A stretch of 63,694 nucleotides of DNA, filler included, from Octopus bimaculoides (GCF_001194135.2; 4 parts of 4 records of this genome joined end to end with filler, not necessarily neighbours in it), one strand, 5' to 3'. Shown: positions 11,878 through 25,552, numbered from the whole stretch's first letter. A program made the numbers and translations. Notes: generated from the sequence alone by a model not told the origin.

Positions 11878-13593
11878 CATATTAAAAAAAAATTGACGCA
11901 CAAACAGAATAGCCATCTGCATGTAAAGGAACCTAGTAGTGCTAAAGCCATGCTGGCAATAATTGTAATAGTAGTGTTCACTAATGATCAGTAACTGGCC
12001 ACAATGATCAATAACTGACTACTGATAGAGTCAATGAGAGAGTCTCTAACAAATCAATTAATCTAGTAGAAATCGCAGCCAAGTTCCTTCGAATCGCATC
12101 TTATTATCAGGAAAGACATATTAAGCAATTTAGTCATAGATATACGAAAAGATGAGATGATCAAGGCTGCAGGGTCTTTTCTGTTCTATCAGAGTTAACA
12201 AGGGGTCAAACAGCGACACAAACTGACTCTTCGTGCCAATTGCAGTCGAGATACAATTCTACGTGCTGCTTTGTCGTTAGCAACAAAATCTAAAAGAAGC
12301 AGTATTTTTGTTTCAAAAACCAGTAGTTGTTTACTAGTTACCTGAAAGAATATTGTGGAAATGGATAGCTTAGAGCAGCGATAGGGTGAAATCCCAGCTT
12401 CAGCTGAATAAGATTTGGAATAGGTACATCAATCAATCACAGACAGAAATTAAAGAAAAAAAACTGAATACTAAAAGCTAACGGAGCACATTTCGTTGCT
12501 GCTGGTTACATTGATGAGCTATATCTATGCATGACACATATTTACAAATAGGTGAACCGGGTCGTTGAGTATCGAGTGTATTCAATGATACTATTTAAGA
12601 AACTCATGGCTCGGTAAGATGCTATTTTTATCTACCTGAAAATGCCTTCATTGCTACCTACAGATAAAAAGTCCCACATGTAATAAACCTAATTGAAGTT
12701 GAGTCTTCTACACACTTTTGTATATATATTGTCACAAGAAAGCCCTGTGTGATAGCTAAGGAGGAGCTCTTGGATAGATTAAAGAAAATAACTGAATATT
12801 AAAAGCTAACGGAGCGCATTGGCACTTTTAAACTAATCGCTCTGTTGCAAACAATTGGTCTAGGCCTCCGGCTGGGGTAGGTTACTGCAGCCTAACAATG
12901 CACTGCTAGTCTATACTCTTTCCTCACCCCCATAAACTCTCATTACCATCTACAGAAGTGAGATAAACCACTTTTAAATGTTTTAAAAGTGAGATACACC
13001 ACTTTTAAAAGTTAAGCATCGACAACGCGTTAAAACAATCTGCAATATAGTAAGAGCACAGTACTGGGTATGAGGTACGAGTAATTTTTTAATTTTGTCG
13101 ATGACGCCGGTCACAAAATGCGAACTCATGAATTCTGAAACCCAGTTCATCCAGCCCTTTGCACCTGCGAACAAATAATCACCAGGTTAATTAGCAAATG
13201 CCTCACACTTACTAATAGAATCAAGTGGTTTTTACCAACGTTTTTGGAATCAAGGGAGTGGTAAATTCATTTATTTTCTTCCCTCCAAATTTTTCTTCGT
13301 CCCACCTTTTATAAATTCAAAGTTAGTATCATTATAATGTCAACAAAGTCACGATTATTTAATAGTTTACATTTTTTATAAACATATTCTATCATTTATT
13401 CATACATTTTCTTTTTCAGAAACATTAAGTCACGCTTTCCTCCAACATTTCTTTTGCTTTATATCGGTTTTCTTGCTTAGCTTTCTTTATTGATTGATTT
13501 TAGTTTTGTTTTCATTTCAATAGAGTTTAGGATGTTGTTGACGTGATTTTTCAAACGCACCCAACATCTACCCTCACACGCTTGCATGCACAG

Positions 13594-13800
<207 letters not shown>

Positions 13801-13959
13801 AGAAAAGACAAACTTGAGAGCAAGAAATGCTTTGTTGATTCATATGTATTTGAGAGTTGTACAATAACGAGACAGAAATGAACTTCACAAGTTACAATAT
13901 AATTTGCTATGAAATTACTACGCAATTAATTAGAAGTTAATAGGGTTGTGACACATGTC

Positions 13960-15030
13960 TACGTGAAAGAAAGAAATATAAGATTCTGACGAACCTGAAA
14001 CTTACTGACACTCAAATGGAGACACTTAAACTAAAATTGTTGAGCACAAACAAATACTGTTAAGTACTGACGGAATACGAAAGGTACAAACTTAGAAATA
14101 TGTTAAGTGACCATTTTCACGTGGTGACAATCTAAAATATTGAGGGAATATGAGCCGTACAGCCAGAAAACTAAACAGGTTGACGTTCTATGATGCTGTC
14201 GAGAACTGAATCTTGCCAACGCTAAGGTATATTCTTAATTTATTATGAAACTTGCTGACGTTGTAAAGTACACACCTAACTTTAAAATTACTAACACTAT
14301 ATATAAATGATAGAACCTAAAACTTTGACACTCTGAGAGGTTCACTTAACCTGAAACTAAATGACATTGTAACCAAATGTTGGAACTTAAACTTATGAGG
14401 CATGTCTTGTAACAAGACGTGAAAACTACAACGTCAAGTACTGACTAAACCTAAATCTGACACTGATATCTACTCACTCACCTTTAATAGACTATTGGCA
14501 GAACATGAGGTTTTTCTGACACTAACTTTTCCTGACCAGTATTGTAAAGTATTAAAACTTTCAAGTATTATCAGATATTTACCGATCCTAAAGCTTACTG
14601 ATACAATGTGATATGACGAACTTCGAAACTTTTGACTCGGAACCTGAAAATTGCGGAAGCTTTTTAATACTAAAAGAATCTGAAACATTCTGAATGTAAA
14701 GTACTGATTTAACGTTTCAGTTTCCATCAGTACATGGTACTATATTTTATGTACTGATGTACCGACCTTATGTAATAACGAGGCCTGGGGCCTAGAACTT
14801 ACTGACACTCCAAGATTGTGACAAAATGGGAGATATACTGGTACTGTATGTTAGATACCGATTCTAAAGCATATTGGTACTCTTTACCACAGACGAACTA
14901 CGGAATTTATTGACACTGTCAAGTACTCACCTAACATGAAACTAATTGATAATTTAAGGTACTCACCTCACCTGAAATGTACTGTCACTATAAGCTTGAA
15001 ACTTACAGATACTGTAAAGTATAAATCAGA
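13960..15030. repeat. Highly degenerate ~36-bp minisatellite array
   Basis: Recurring units such as ctgacgttgtaaagtacacacctaactttaaaatta, tgacactctgagaggttcacttaacctgaaactaaa and gacactgtcaagtactcacctaacatgaaactaatt (34-36 nt). Confidence 0.65.
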
Positions 15031-15733
15031 AACAATGTCATAAACCCTCAATTTTAATTAAATTTATAGATTGCCCTGATGGTTTTGGTGAAACAAAAAA
15101 TATAAACGACTTAACCGAACACACTACCTGAGTGATACTTATTCTATCGTCCCCAGTTAGATAAAACCTATAGTCGGCATCAGCCTGGTTTGAACTCAAA
15201 GCATACAGAGTGTTACATTAATTTCTGTGAATCACTTATTCCAATACTTCAAAAAATTAGGATTCCGGTACATAAAAATTATTACAATGAACTGACAAGA
15301 GTTTTTAGCTCTCGATGCGCGATACGATAAACAAAAACAAAATGCAGTTTGCAACTATTTCACCTACACTTATTAATAAGCTTACGAAAGGCATGAAAAC
15401 ACACTGATTTTCCTTTCCTTAAAATACCGGACTATTCTGTGAACTGAGCCACAAAAGAACCAAATATTATTCAGCGTCCAGCGAGTTCTAACCATGTTAA
15501 TATGTACTCTGCTAGTTTACTTCGGGAAAATTTCTACTACCAGCTGAAATACTTTGCATTTTACTTCATTTACATAAGTTAATATTTCTCTTGGGAAAGG
15601 CATCTCAGTAACAACGTGTCATTTTCACAATGACAAAAGCAGAAAATATTCATTTATCTCAGGACAGTTTGAAGAATTTGCTTTACTTTTTAATATGAGT
15701 AGTGACATTTGTAATATGCATGCCTTTCTCTCA

Positions 15734-15756
15734 GAATAAATGCAAAGCATTTATTC
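15734..15756 (-). promoter_or_regulatory. Candidate TCTE1 polyadenylation signal inside a 10-bp hairpin
   Basis: Minus-strand AATAAA at 15755-15750, about 160 nt after the stop. GAATAAATGC-AAA-GCATTTATTC is a perfect inverted repeat, so AATAAA occurs on both strands. Confidence 0.45.
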
Positions 15757-15911
15757 ATGAATCATAATTTCCAATAGAAAATGAGTTGTGAATTCGGTTC
15801 GCCGATGTTGCTCGACAAAGCAAAAGATTCAGGATTAAATAACAGTGAATAAAAAGAAAATAACTCAGAGCTTTCATTAAATATAAAAGAAACCCAATAG
15901 AAGTGTCGGAT

Positions 15912-16079
15912 TTAATGGCGCATTTCTTCTAATAATCTTTCTCGATTCGCTTCCTGGTTCTGATCCAAAATTTGATTGATCCGAAATTCCGCTTCTTGAC
16001 CACAGTTTGTTAGTCTAAGATCCAAGTGTGTGACTGTTGTGTTTACCTCAAGACTTTCTCTGATCAGTTTGCCACCATC
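15912..16079 (-). CDS. TCTE1: TCTE1/DRC5 terminal coding exon (DGGKLIRESLEVNTTVTHLDLRLTNCGQEAEFRINQIL...*)
   Basis: Acceptor ccgtttcag|GAT, phase 0; stop TAA at 15914-15912. The DGGK...DLRL...QE.E..I.Q.L motif fits the TCTE1 C-terminus. The three exons total 1497 nt = 498 aa + stop. Confidence 0.92.
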   Translation of the reverse strand, partial: DGGKLIRESLEVNTTVTHLDLRLTNCGQEAEFRINQILDQNQEANRERLLEEMRH

Positions 16080-16631
16080 CTGAAACGGAAGCGAGAAAAT
16101 CATGAAACACGGCGATTATATTTTGAAGTTTGGTTATTTAAATAGATGCATCTGTGTACATACATATAAATTCCTCTGTTATTGTATGCATATATGAAAA
16201 TGTGACAATTTGTCTACTTGCATGCATAGTAATGTCTATGCATACACGCAACACTCGCAACACACACACACACACACAAGCGTGCGAGAATTTCAAACTT
16301 AAACACAAATCCTTTGATGTAGAGAGGAGCGTCAAAAACCTTTAGCAACATGACCGAAAAACGTTTTGATTCCAGAATGAAACTTAGCGCGTACGTGTAT
16401 GTGTGTGAGTGAGTGAGTGCATGCGTGCGTGCGTGCGTGCATGTGTGTGTGTGTGTGTGTGTGTTTGCGTGTGTGTGTGTGTGTGTGTTTGCGTGCGTAT
16501 ACGTGTGTGCATGTAAGAGCATNNNNNNNNNNNNNNNNNNNNNNNNNNNNNNNNNNNNNNNNNNNNNNNNNNNNNNNNNNNNNNNNNNNNNNNNNNNNNN
16601 NNNNNNNNNNNNNNATATATATATATATATA

Positions 16632-17300
16632 CAGGGTGCGATAGGTAAATTATCGGTATTTTATATTTTTAATTTCACGCATGCACAGTTTGTTTTATTT
16701 TTGTTGACTACACAGTATAGTAGGGTCAGTTGGGCACCGTCTGTGAGAAAAAATCTGGGGAAATGTACCGAGAGTGATAAAAATCAAACATCCAGTCAAC
16801 ATCATAGTGTTGCCTCCATTCATCTTCCCACACGGCCTCACACTCAACACAGAGGCCTACATCAAGTGCCTGGAAGAGGTGGTGCTGCCCTGGGTCAAGA
16901 AAGTGGCTGCTAGAAGACCCTATGTCTAGCAACAGGACTCTGCACTATGTCACACTAGCAGGAAAATCCAGTCATGGCTGTCAAACAATCTCTGCGACCA
17001 CATCATCCTTAACATCTGGCCACGTACTCCCCAGACTGTAGTCCCCTTGATTATTATGTGTGGAGCGCAGTTGAGCGAGAACAGAACTCCTTGTAACACC
17101 AAAGATGAACTCAAGGTAAGAATTATGACAGCAGTCAGCAACTTAAACAAGGAGACGTCCAGAATAGTTCCTGGAGATTCCGAAATCGTCTGGAGGCCGT
17201 GGTTGAAGCTAATGGCGATTCTTTTGGATAAATTTACTCTTTAGTATTTCAAGATATTTTTATGTAATTTTGATAAATATATCTGTTAAAATGAGACGTC
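16632..17300 (+). mobile_element. maT (DD37D) Tc1/mariner deletion derivative in TCTE1 intron 2
   Basis: Starts TA-CAGGGTG. YIKCLEEVVLPWVKKVAARRPYV*QQDSALCHTS...WP/YSPDCSPLDYYVWSAVERE, with 37 residues between the catalytic Asps. Confidence 0.8.
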
Positions 17301-18443
17301 ATTATTTCAATATATCTCTTCTCGAGGTCAGAAAGCTCACATGTACTTCCATAAACATATAGTCTGATTTAGATAGTGTTTCTTTTCTTTTTGGGAAAAA
17401 TCAGACTATGAATTGTCATTGATAATTTTACACAAACAATATTGAATGTACATCGCTTCGTCATTATTTTGCTATTGTTAATAAGCTTTCAGACCACTAC
17501 TCCAATGTTGTACGGGAGTCATATTTTTTATTCTTTCATTACTGTGACTATAATTATCATCATATCGATCTGTCTACTAGAACGATGTTCTGAATAAAAC
17601 ATTGGCACCTTAAGTCACAATACTCGTAACAGATTAGTCAATATATTAGAATCTAATGGTTTTCTTCGGCATATATTCCTTCTATTGTAGATCAGTAGTA
17701 GATATTGACGATTTATTATTTTATGACATCTATTGTTTAATTTTAAGAGGCTAAGAATAGAGAGGGAATACTGTCTGTGAACAAGACACAAAACAATCAG
17801 GATTAAAAAGAGATTAACAGAATTGATGTTGCGAGAGCTATCTTATGTTGACAGATGAAAGGATTTGTGTGCGACTGATAAGATACAAACTTTTGCACTT
17901 CCTTTTGCCGCCAAATTTACTTTCAGGCATATTGAATGCTTTTTACTTCAAAATGAGTTTGTTTACAGCGGAGAAATAATACAATTCTTCGGCGAAAATA
18001 TTTTCACTCTGTTTGCGAACTCAAAAAAGTATTTTGTGAAATAATCGTTATGCTATATCATACTTCAGTTACATTCCATATACTATAAGCAAACCTATAG
18101 AGCAAATGTTTATCTCCGCCTTTTGTACCGTTAAAAGAACAGACTATAAATCTACTCTGAAGTATTTTTTTTAGAGTAGAATTGAACTAGGAAATATGAA
18201 CCTCTGAATAGTGCTGATGATGATTTCAACAATATAATGATCCTGAGAGCTATACCAGCGGAGCACAAACTCCTAGGAGGACCTGCCATGCTAGACATGA
18301 GATAAACATGAGTTTTTGCACCTACCTAGAGATAAGCAAAGTTACAGAAGTATCGAATATATATAATTAATATATATAATTAATATTCTCTTCTCTTGTT
18401 CTCGCTTATTCATTTTTATTTCCTGTTTCTATGAAAAACTTAC

Positions 18444-19465
18444 CTGTTTAAGATCGTTGCAAGAAATATCAATGGATACCAAATTATTGTTGGTTCTAAG
18501 GACTTGAGATAGTGCTATTGCAGTTGACTCTCCCATCTTATTGGCCGCCACATTCAGCTCTTGAAGAGATGTATTTTTTGTCAGAGCTTTGAAAATGCAA
18601 TGTCCTCCTTCGTCACCAATTCTGTTTAACCTTAAATTTAATAACATTAGTTTATGTGTCTTAATTAAAGTGTGTGCTAGGGCTTGTCCTCCAATAATCC
18701 CAATTTTATTATTACATAATGTAAGTTTCAAAATCCTATCGCAGCTGGTTATCAATTTGCCGATTGCTTTGGCACCACGATCGCCAATATAGTTGTGTGA
18801 CAAATCAATTTCTTCCATAGACGGATGATCTAGTAAATGATACATCAGCATACGTGTCTTTTCATCATCAATTTTGCTTCGATGAAGATGAAGAACTCTC
18901 AGTGTTTTACAAGACTGAATGGCTTCAGATAACCTTTGGCAATCATTTTTAGTGAAATGAAACATAGACCAAGTAAAATTCATGCCACAGTCTCTGACAC
19001 TGTAAGTCAGATGCAGTTCTTCCAGAGACGTCAGTGCCTTCATAACTGGATACATATTGAAATGGTCGCACTCATGTTCTTTCTCGCTTGGTGAATCAGA
19101 GCCATCGTCTAAAAAATCGATGGATTTCTCATCTAGGGTAACAGGTGGCAGCAATTGCCCAATGTCAATGCGTTTGATAAAATTTGAAGAGACTTTCAAA
19201 GTTTCATTTAACTCCCTTATATCAGTTTTTTCAGGTACAAAGAACTCAATGATATGCTCTAGGTTTCGTTCAAAATACATCCGCTTCCAATTGTTGCCGT
19301 AATCAGCGACATTGCAGAGTGCCCAACGGTTCCTGCAACACCTTTCCCAATAGCATTCTTCTTCAATAAGTTCGGCTGTTATTTTTAGAGGCAAGTTGAC
19401 CGATAACGTCTCTAGAACTCTTGCTTTGTGCGCAGGTCGCAGGCTTTTAAAATATATTGAATTAT
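18444..19465 (-). CDS. TCTE1: TCTE1/DRC5 coding exon 2 (YWERCCRNRW...WKRMYFERNLE and leucine-rich repeats)
   Basis: Acceptor ttcaatttcag|AT matches phase 1 (T+AT = Tyr). The exon is 1022 nt and open, with RI-like LRRs (IDLSHNYIG, LTLCNNKIG, LNLRLNRIG). Donor CAG|GTAAGT, phase 0. Confidence 0.95.
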
Positions 19466-20784
19466 CTGAAATTGAATAAGAAATAAAGTCAGTCAAATTC
19501 AGTCATTAAGTGAAGTAACCCCTTGTGAATAGTCTTGACTTTTAATTATCTAACTTTTGTCCCAGCGTAGCTATAGAGTTATTCCGGTGAAAATTTTTCT
19601 ATGAATATACTTAGATCTTCGAAAACTTAAAACGAAGATTACTTTTGCATTTAAATTTTTTTTTTCCCAATGCATTCAGTTTAGCAAATGTACAGAAAAA
19701 ATCATTTAAAAAGCAACTGTACATAATCTTTTTTTTTTAATAGAACAGATTGCAAAGTGACAGCAGTGCTAGATACTTATATTTGATCATTTTAATTGGT
19801 GTTATACTAATTTTTCATAAGTTGGAGAAATTTTAAGTGATTTAGTGATCAAGGGACGTTATTTCCTCTCCCTTTATTTAGTTAAGTATATCAAATATAG
19901 TCTTCTGACAAGGCTGCCACCTTTGTCAATTTCTTTCTATGTCTGTGTATGTGTTAGCTTCTTTAAATATCTATTTATTATCTAAGGCTGTTAAGGCAAG
20001 GCTGTTAAGGCAGAATTGAAACCTAGTAGCAGATTCAGCATGCATTAACCTTCACCATGTCAAAGTATTTCAAAGGCAACGTCCCCATGGATTCACGAGC
20101 CGAACAGAAGTAATTCCAATATGAAAGCAATGAATAAATAAGCTGTATGAGATGCTTAGTTAGAATAGTGAATATATTGCGGAGACGGCAAGACTGTGAG
20201 AATGGTATATAATTCTATTGATATGTAGAACAGAGTTTAGCTTTCCCCCACCACCACCACATATCGACATTTCGTCATAGTTTATTCGTATTCGACCATC
20301 GCTTTGCTTTCAGAAACCAGAGAATGTATGCATGGAAATAGTATGCATATGTAATAGGATTATGACTTCAACTGCCAGACACATTTGAAATAAGAGTTTA
20401 ACTCCACTAAACCCACTTCCTAGTACGAGTTTAATTAGAAGTCGAAATACTTCACTATGTTTACACCATGTGAGAACTGACATCTTTTACTTTCCTTCCT
20501 CTGAAATACAGTTGTGTTTGTACCTGATCAAAAGAAACTTTCATTCTAAGGTAAACAGCCCTACATAATATACCGCAAAGTGCTCCAGCATACCTCACTT
20601 TTACTATATTTAACTACGTCTGTTACTTAAATTATATGGTTACATAATTTACCTGCATTGGTAAGATTAATAAATCAATACTCAGTTCTCATATTTTCAG
20701 AGAGATTCGTGGTGCGGTTGTGCGGTCTTTTTAGTTTTGTGGCTACTCCACTATACGTATAATGTGTTGATAGCTTGATGTGTA

Positions 20785-20867
20785 GTTAGACAGACTGACA
20801 GCCAGTCAGATAGATAGATACATAAACAGACAGACATACATACAGACAGACAGACAGACAGACAGAC

Positions 20868-20934
<67 letters not shown>

Positions 20935-20960
20935 CATTTGTCTGTCTGCCTGCCTGTCTG
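20785..20960. repeat. (GACA)n/(GATA)n microsatellite in TCTE1 intron 1
   Basis: Direct inspection. Confidence 0.95.
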
Positions 20961-22001
20961 TCTGCATTCGGAGACAGAGTACAACAGCACCCTCAGAACA
21001 AGTTTTTACCCTAAAGAAATAGCCTAGAATATAAATTCGTATTTATACTAATAATAATTAGTGCACTTGGATTTGTTAGTATTGCCTGGGCTTTTCAGGG
21101 AAAGAAATCAACCAACTAAAATGCATATTACAAAATACAATCTGCAAAGAAACGGTAAATAGGTCCAACATATGACGTTGTCTCTGTTATCTACATAGAT
21201 GTCTCTGCTATCAACGATGGAGCTTTGTATTTTTGATAGAAACCAGTTCTTTCCTTATAGGACAGAATCAAAAGTTTAAAAATTGAAGCGAACATACATA
21301 CATACTTACATACACTTACAGACATACATACATACATGCATACATACATACATACATACATACATACATACATACACACATACATACATATATACATACA
21401 TACATACGATCCAAATAATCTTCACCATCAAATTTGGATTAACGAGGAAAAGTGTGACTTATTTATCTAATACCGTCAGTTAACTCATCTACTCATATTA
21501 CAGCTCTCAGATTTTTAAACTTTTCATCTCACTATAGTGTGGTGGCCAGCTAAGACAGCTTACTGTTACTATGAGACAGGATCGATTCACAGAGTCCTTT
21601 CACGTCACTCAAAACTTAAACCTTCGCTATTTCACTATAGTCAATAGCTTGGAAATGGTTTGGCTCAGCCAGACGTATCTGATATTTATACTCTACATAA
21701 AAATGAGCAAACCAAAAACAAACCACTACGCGCTTGCATGACCTATTACAAAGAACAGCCAAATTTTCATTGAATCCTACTGGCTTTTAACTATCTAAAC
21801 TCTACAGTTGACATTGCCGGTTCAGATACATGATACTTGAAAACAAAGATAGGATAGTCACTGCTCGAATGTATTTTGATCATAAATTTGCTCAGTCAAA
21901 ACCGAACTTGGGCTACACAACAATTAAAACATGAAGGCGAAATATCTGTCGATAACACACCCAAGATTTTAAAATTATGACAAAGTAAATGAACAACTTA
22001 C

Positions 22002-22308
22002 ATTCAAAGTTGTCGACAATATGTCTGATACAGAGTTCTTCTAGTAACGGCACTGTAGCCAATGACCAATATGGATCTTCGGCGATGATTCTTCTCATTT
22101 TGCGCATGTCAGCAGCAGGGTTTAATAAAAATGTGTCTGATAATGATGTTGGAAATTCAGTAAGTAATGCCTCTGCATTTTCCACAACGTTGTTAAACTC
22201 ATCATGCTGACTATCTCTTCTTTCGTCACTTGCAGAATTCTGATCTTTCTCTATTTCTCCTTCTTCTCCAATGTCTTTGGAATCCTTATTTTCTGAATTG
22301 CTTGGCAT
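22002..22308 (-). CDS. TCTE1: TCTE1/DRC5 coding exon 1 (MPSNSENK...NPAADMRKMRRIIAEDPYWSLATVPLLEELCIRHIVDNFE)
   Basis: ATG at 22308, preceded by acceptor ttgtag|ACA. Donor T|GTAAGT after 22002 (307 nt, phase 1). The MRRIIAEDPxWSL.xVPLLxELC motif is characteristic of TCTE1/DRC5. Confidence 0.93.
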
Positions 22309-22424
22309 TGTCTACAAATACAGAATATATAATTTGCTTATTACGTAAATTGTCCATTTTGTGTACGTTGTTCATCTTACCAGAGAACATGCGTTGATGC
22401 CTCATCAGGCAGTGAAACAGCTCT

Positions 22425-22519
22425 GTACGTGTTTTTGGCCCCTTTACTTATTTCAGTCATGAGACTCCAGCCATACTGGGGCACCGCCTTGAAGATGTTA
22501 GCTGAAAGAAACGACCCCA

Positions 22520-22553
<34 letters not shown>

Positions 22554-22700
22554 AAGCCTGGTATTTATTCTATCAAGTTCTTTCATCAAGCCGCTAAGTT
22601 ACGAAGACGTAAACACACTTATACCAGTTATCAAGCAGTGGGAGAGGACAAACACTGAAATAAAGAAATACACATACACACACACGCACATATACACACA
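22425..22700 (-). mobile_element. 3' half of a microsatellite-containing SINE
   Basis: Reverse complement of gtttgtcc...gtaacttagcgg...caaggcggtgccccagtatggc...gactgaa; compare 57300-57490. Confidence 0.65.
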
Positions 22701-22732
22701 CATACACACACACATACACACACATACATACA

Positions 22733-22768
<36 letters not shown>

Positions 22769-22772
22769 CATA

Positions 22773-23518
22773 CTAGCAGCTAAGCCCGGTTTCACCCGGT
22801 CGGTTAGGATGATGTGGCTGTAAAACCTGCTCTGTGTAAGCATTCGACTTGTTAGGGCACGCTTACGTTAAAAAACAATTTTAGAATGACTTTTTTCTGT
22901 CAAAACGCTAAAAATAACTGATCAACAAAAAAAAACAGCCAAGATTCAACCAAATCAAAAAATAAACCCAAATACTAAGCGAACAAAGAACACTTCCATT
23001 GCACGCGCGCGCGCACACACACTCACACACACACACACGCACACACACACACACATTCACATATTCCCTTTCACATACGCATACATATATTCACACAGCG
23101 TTGAAACGCTGGTTGATTTATTTTTTCAGCGTACAATTTTCATCATCCCACTACCAAGTATGACATCACCCCTTCTTTCCTTATTCATCAATCACCCCTT
23201 CCTTTCTCATTCATAAACACAAGATTATTATTATAGTAAATTATCTCAGTAACCATGGGAGCTATGAAAAAATATGACATCACCTCTTCCTTCCGGATCA
23301 TTCTACATATCTGTCAAGCCTTCCTTTCTCATTCATAAACACAAGAATATTATTATAGTAGATTATCTCGATAACCATAGGAGCTAAGAAAAAATACAAA
23401 GCCCAGTATCACCGCTGGATCATTCTACATCTGTGTAATTTTTCGCGCAATTCCACCGAGCTGTTTGACTGTGAATCCCAAGATAAGAAAGAATCGCCCA
23501 TGTCAAATTTATATGTAT
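22773..23518 (-). mobile_element. Non-autonomous Helitron-like element, copy 2 (with internal duplication and CA-repeat insert)
   Basis: Same CTAG/hairpin end and same body as 3590-4092, with extra sequence at about 22990-23150 and a duplicated ~120-bp block at about 23160-23400. Confidence 0.65.
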
Positions 23519-23527
23519 AAATATATA

Positions 23528-23790
23528 TTCTTTTATTCTTTTATTTCAGTCATTTGACTGCGACCATGCTGGAGNNNNNNNNNNCACACACACATACACA
23601 CACACATACACACACACACACACACATACATACACACACATATATACGACGAGCTTCTTTCAGTTTTCGCCTACCAAACCCACTTACAAGGCTTTGGTCG
23701 ACCGGAGGCTATAGTAGAAGACACTTATTCAAGGTGCCACGCAGTGGGATTGAACCCGGAACCATGTGGTTGGTAAGCAAGCTACTTTAT
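23528..23790 (-). mobile_element. Microsatellite-containing SINE (middle lost in a 10-N gap)
   Basis: tRNA-like head (ggttccgggttcaatccc) - caccttgaataagtgtcttctactatagcc - (TG)n - ctccagcatggtcgcagtcaaatgactgaa. Confidence 0.7.
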
Positions 23791-25413
23791 TTCATTATAA
23801 TTTGCCATATAGGCAGAACACAGAGTAGCTGCGGGCTAGACAAACAAATTAATGAGATGAAATGAATGATAAACATGATGGTATAATGGGAGAAGACAAA
23901 AGCCGCCCGCCGAACTTTGCTTCTCTAAAACACTGTTCTTTTATAAATAAAATTTACACATTGAGGCTATGAACCTCGTACATAAAAAGTTCCAAATTGT
24001 GACATAAATTAAGGCACTTGCTTCTTACAATTTTTTATTATATGAGTCAGATGACCCCACAATATGAGGCACTCGTCCTCTTACATTTTTTCGCCCGATA
24101 GACTTATCGCTTCACTCAANNNNNNNNNNNNNNNNNNNNNNNNNNNNNNNNNNNNNNNNNNNNTTAATTAATTAANNNNNNNNNNNNNNNNNNNNNNNNN
24201 NNNNNNNNNNNNNNNNNNNTATATATATATAGTTATACTATATGTTTACCAAAGAAAGATACGCTCTATATAAACGTTCTTCACACGTTTATTACTATTT
24301 TTATTTTATCTTATGTCCATTGTCTGGAATTCTCTCGTCACACATCGGTGAAATCTTCAGCGACTCTTTCCACTCACGTGTCTCACCCTACTCTACTTAG
24401 TCTATTCTGTCCGTCTGTGATGTGTATCCTTATCATGAGATATGTGTCAAGCATTGTTGTTGTTGCTGGGTCGGCCCTCTCAAATATCTCCCTGTTAGTA
24501 GAGAGTTCATGATTATTCTAATTCATAATAGAATTTAATAATATATATTAATATGTTTTTCTGCAATTCTCTACACTTTTGTTAACACGCTGGATTGATG
24601 TTTTTGATCCTTTACTGTGTCTGTGTCTTCCAGGTGTGTTTCCCTATAGCTCCCCGATTTTATTAACATTACCCTTTCTAACTTACATCCCGGCCTACTG
24701 TATAATTGTAAATATCTCTCTATCACTTTGTTGGCAATCAACCTTCACCCTGTTCCTAATTTTTTTACTACATGTCATATATGATACGTGTTATAATATT
24801 CAGCGATTTCTACGTTCCGTGCTTTACCCTTCTCCCTTCCTTCTTTCTCTTCTTCCTGCTTCTTTATATCACATGGTGGTTTTGTTTCTCTACTTTTTCC
24901 TTTTTTGCTTTGCTTTCATTATTCTATCATTAATATTTATATTCATAAAGTTGGTTTCAATTACAATCTAAATTTTAATTTTAGGCATACGTCTATTACA
25001 TTCTATTTTAATTACTTCTTATTTAAGAGGTGTTTGATCTCATTTATTTCCGCATATCTCTTCGCCCTTACATAGTAAAAGCCTATTTTCGATTCACTTA
25101 TTTTTTTATATTATTTTAAATTTTATGGTCAATACCCCACAATTTATTTTTAAAAGGAGCTGCCCAATTAGCGTCAAATGCTTATTCATCCAATTGGTAT
25201 CCATGAACTCTTACATATACTCACAGTTAATAAAAGACTTCTGTTTCAGTTATTGCAACCGTCTAATAAACTGTTACATTAAGCTCTGAGTAACATGTTC
25301 TAAAGTCTTTTTCCGGGTTTAGTAAAACAGTGTATATGTATGTATGCATCTATATGTGTGTTTAAGTCTCCATAAAACCCGCGCGTGCACGCACACACAC
25401 ACATGCATATATA

Positions 25414-25445
<32 letters not shown>

Positions 25446-25552
25446 NNNNNNNNNNNNNNNNNNNNNNNNNNNNNNNNNNNNNNNNNNNNNNNNNNNNNNN
25501 NNNNNNNNNNNNNNNNNNNNNNNNNNNNNNNNNNNNNNNNNNNNNNNNNNNN

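Noticed and set aside
19466-19496. ORF-track start MTDFISYSIS for the 355-aa ORF
   Set aside because: This is intronic read-through upstream of the true acceptor at 19467-19466. The real N-terminus is the 22308 exon.
20512-20550. 39-nt plus-strand exon-like segment (LCLYLIKRNFHSK) inside TCTE1 intron 1
   Set aside because: The donor GTAAAC is weaker and its phase (0-0) does not fit the other candidates. It is plausibly a chance match.
22387-22432. Hammerhead-like arrangement (ACATG..TGCCT/AGGCA..GAAACAGCTCTGTA..CGTGT) upstream of TCTE1
   Set aside because: The core reads CGTTGA, and CTGATGAG is on the opposite strand from GAAAC. No orientation gives a complete catalytic core.
24164-24175. 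TTAATTAATTAA centred in 100-nt N gaps (also 54482-54493 and 62572-62583)
   Set aside because: An identical 12-mer centred between N runs (44 N on each side at 24164) with stops in all six frames is an assembly/scaffolding linker, not biology.
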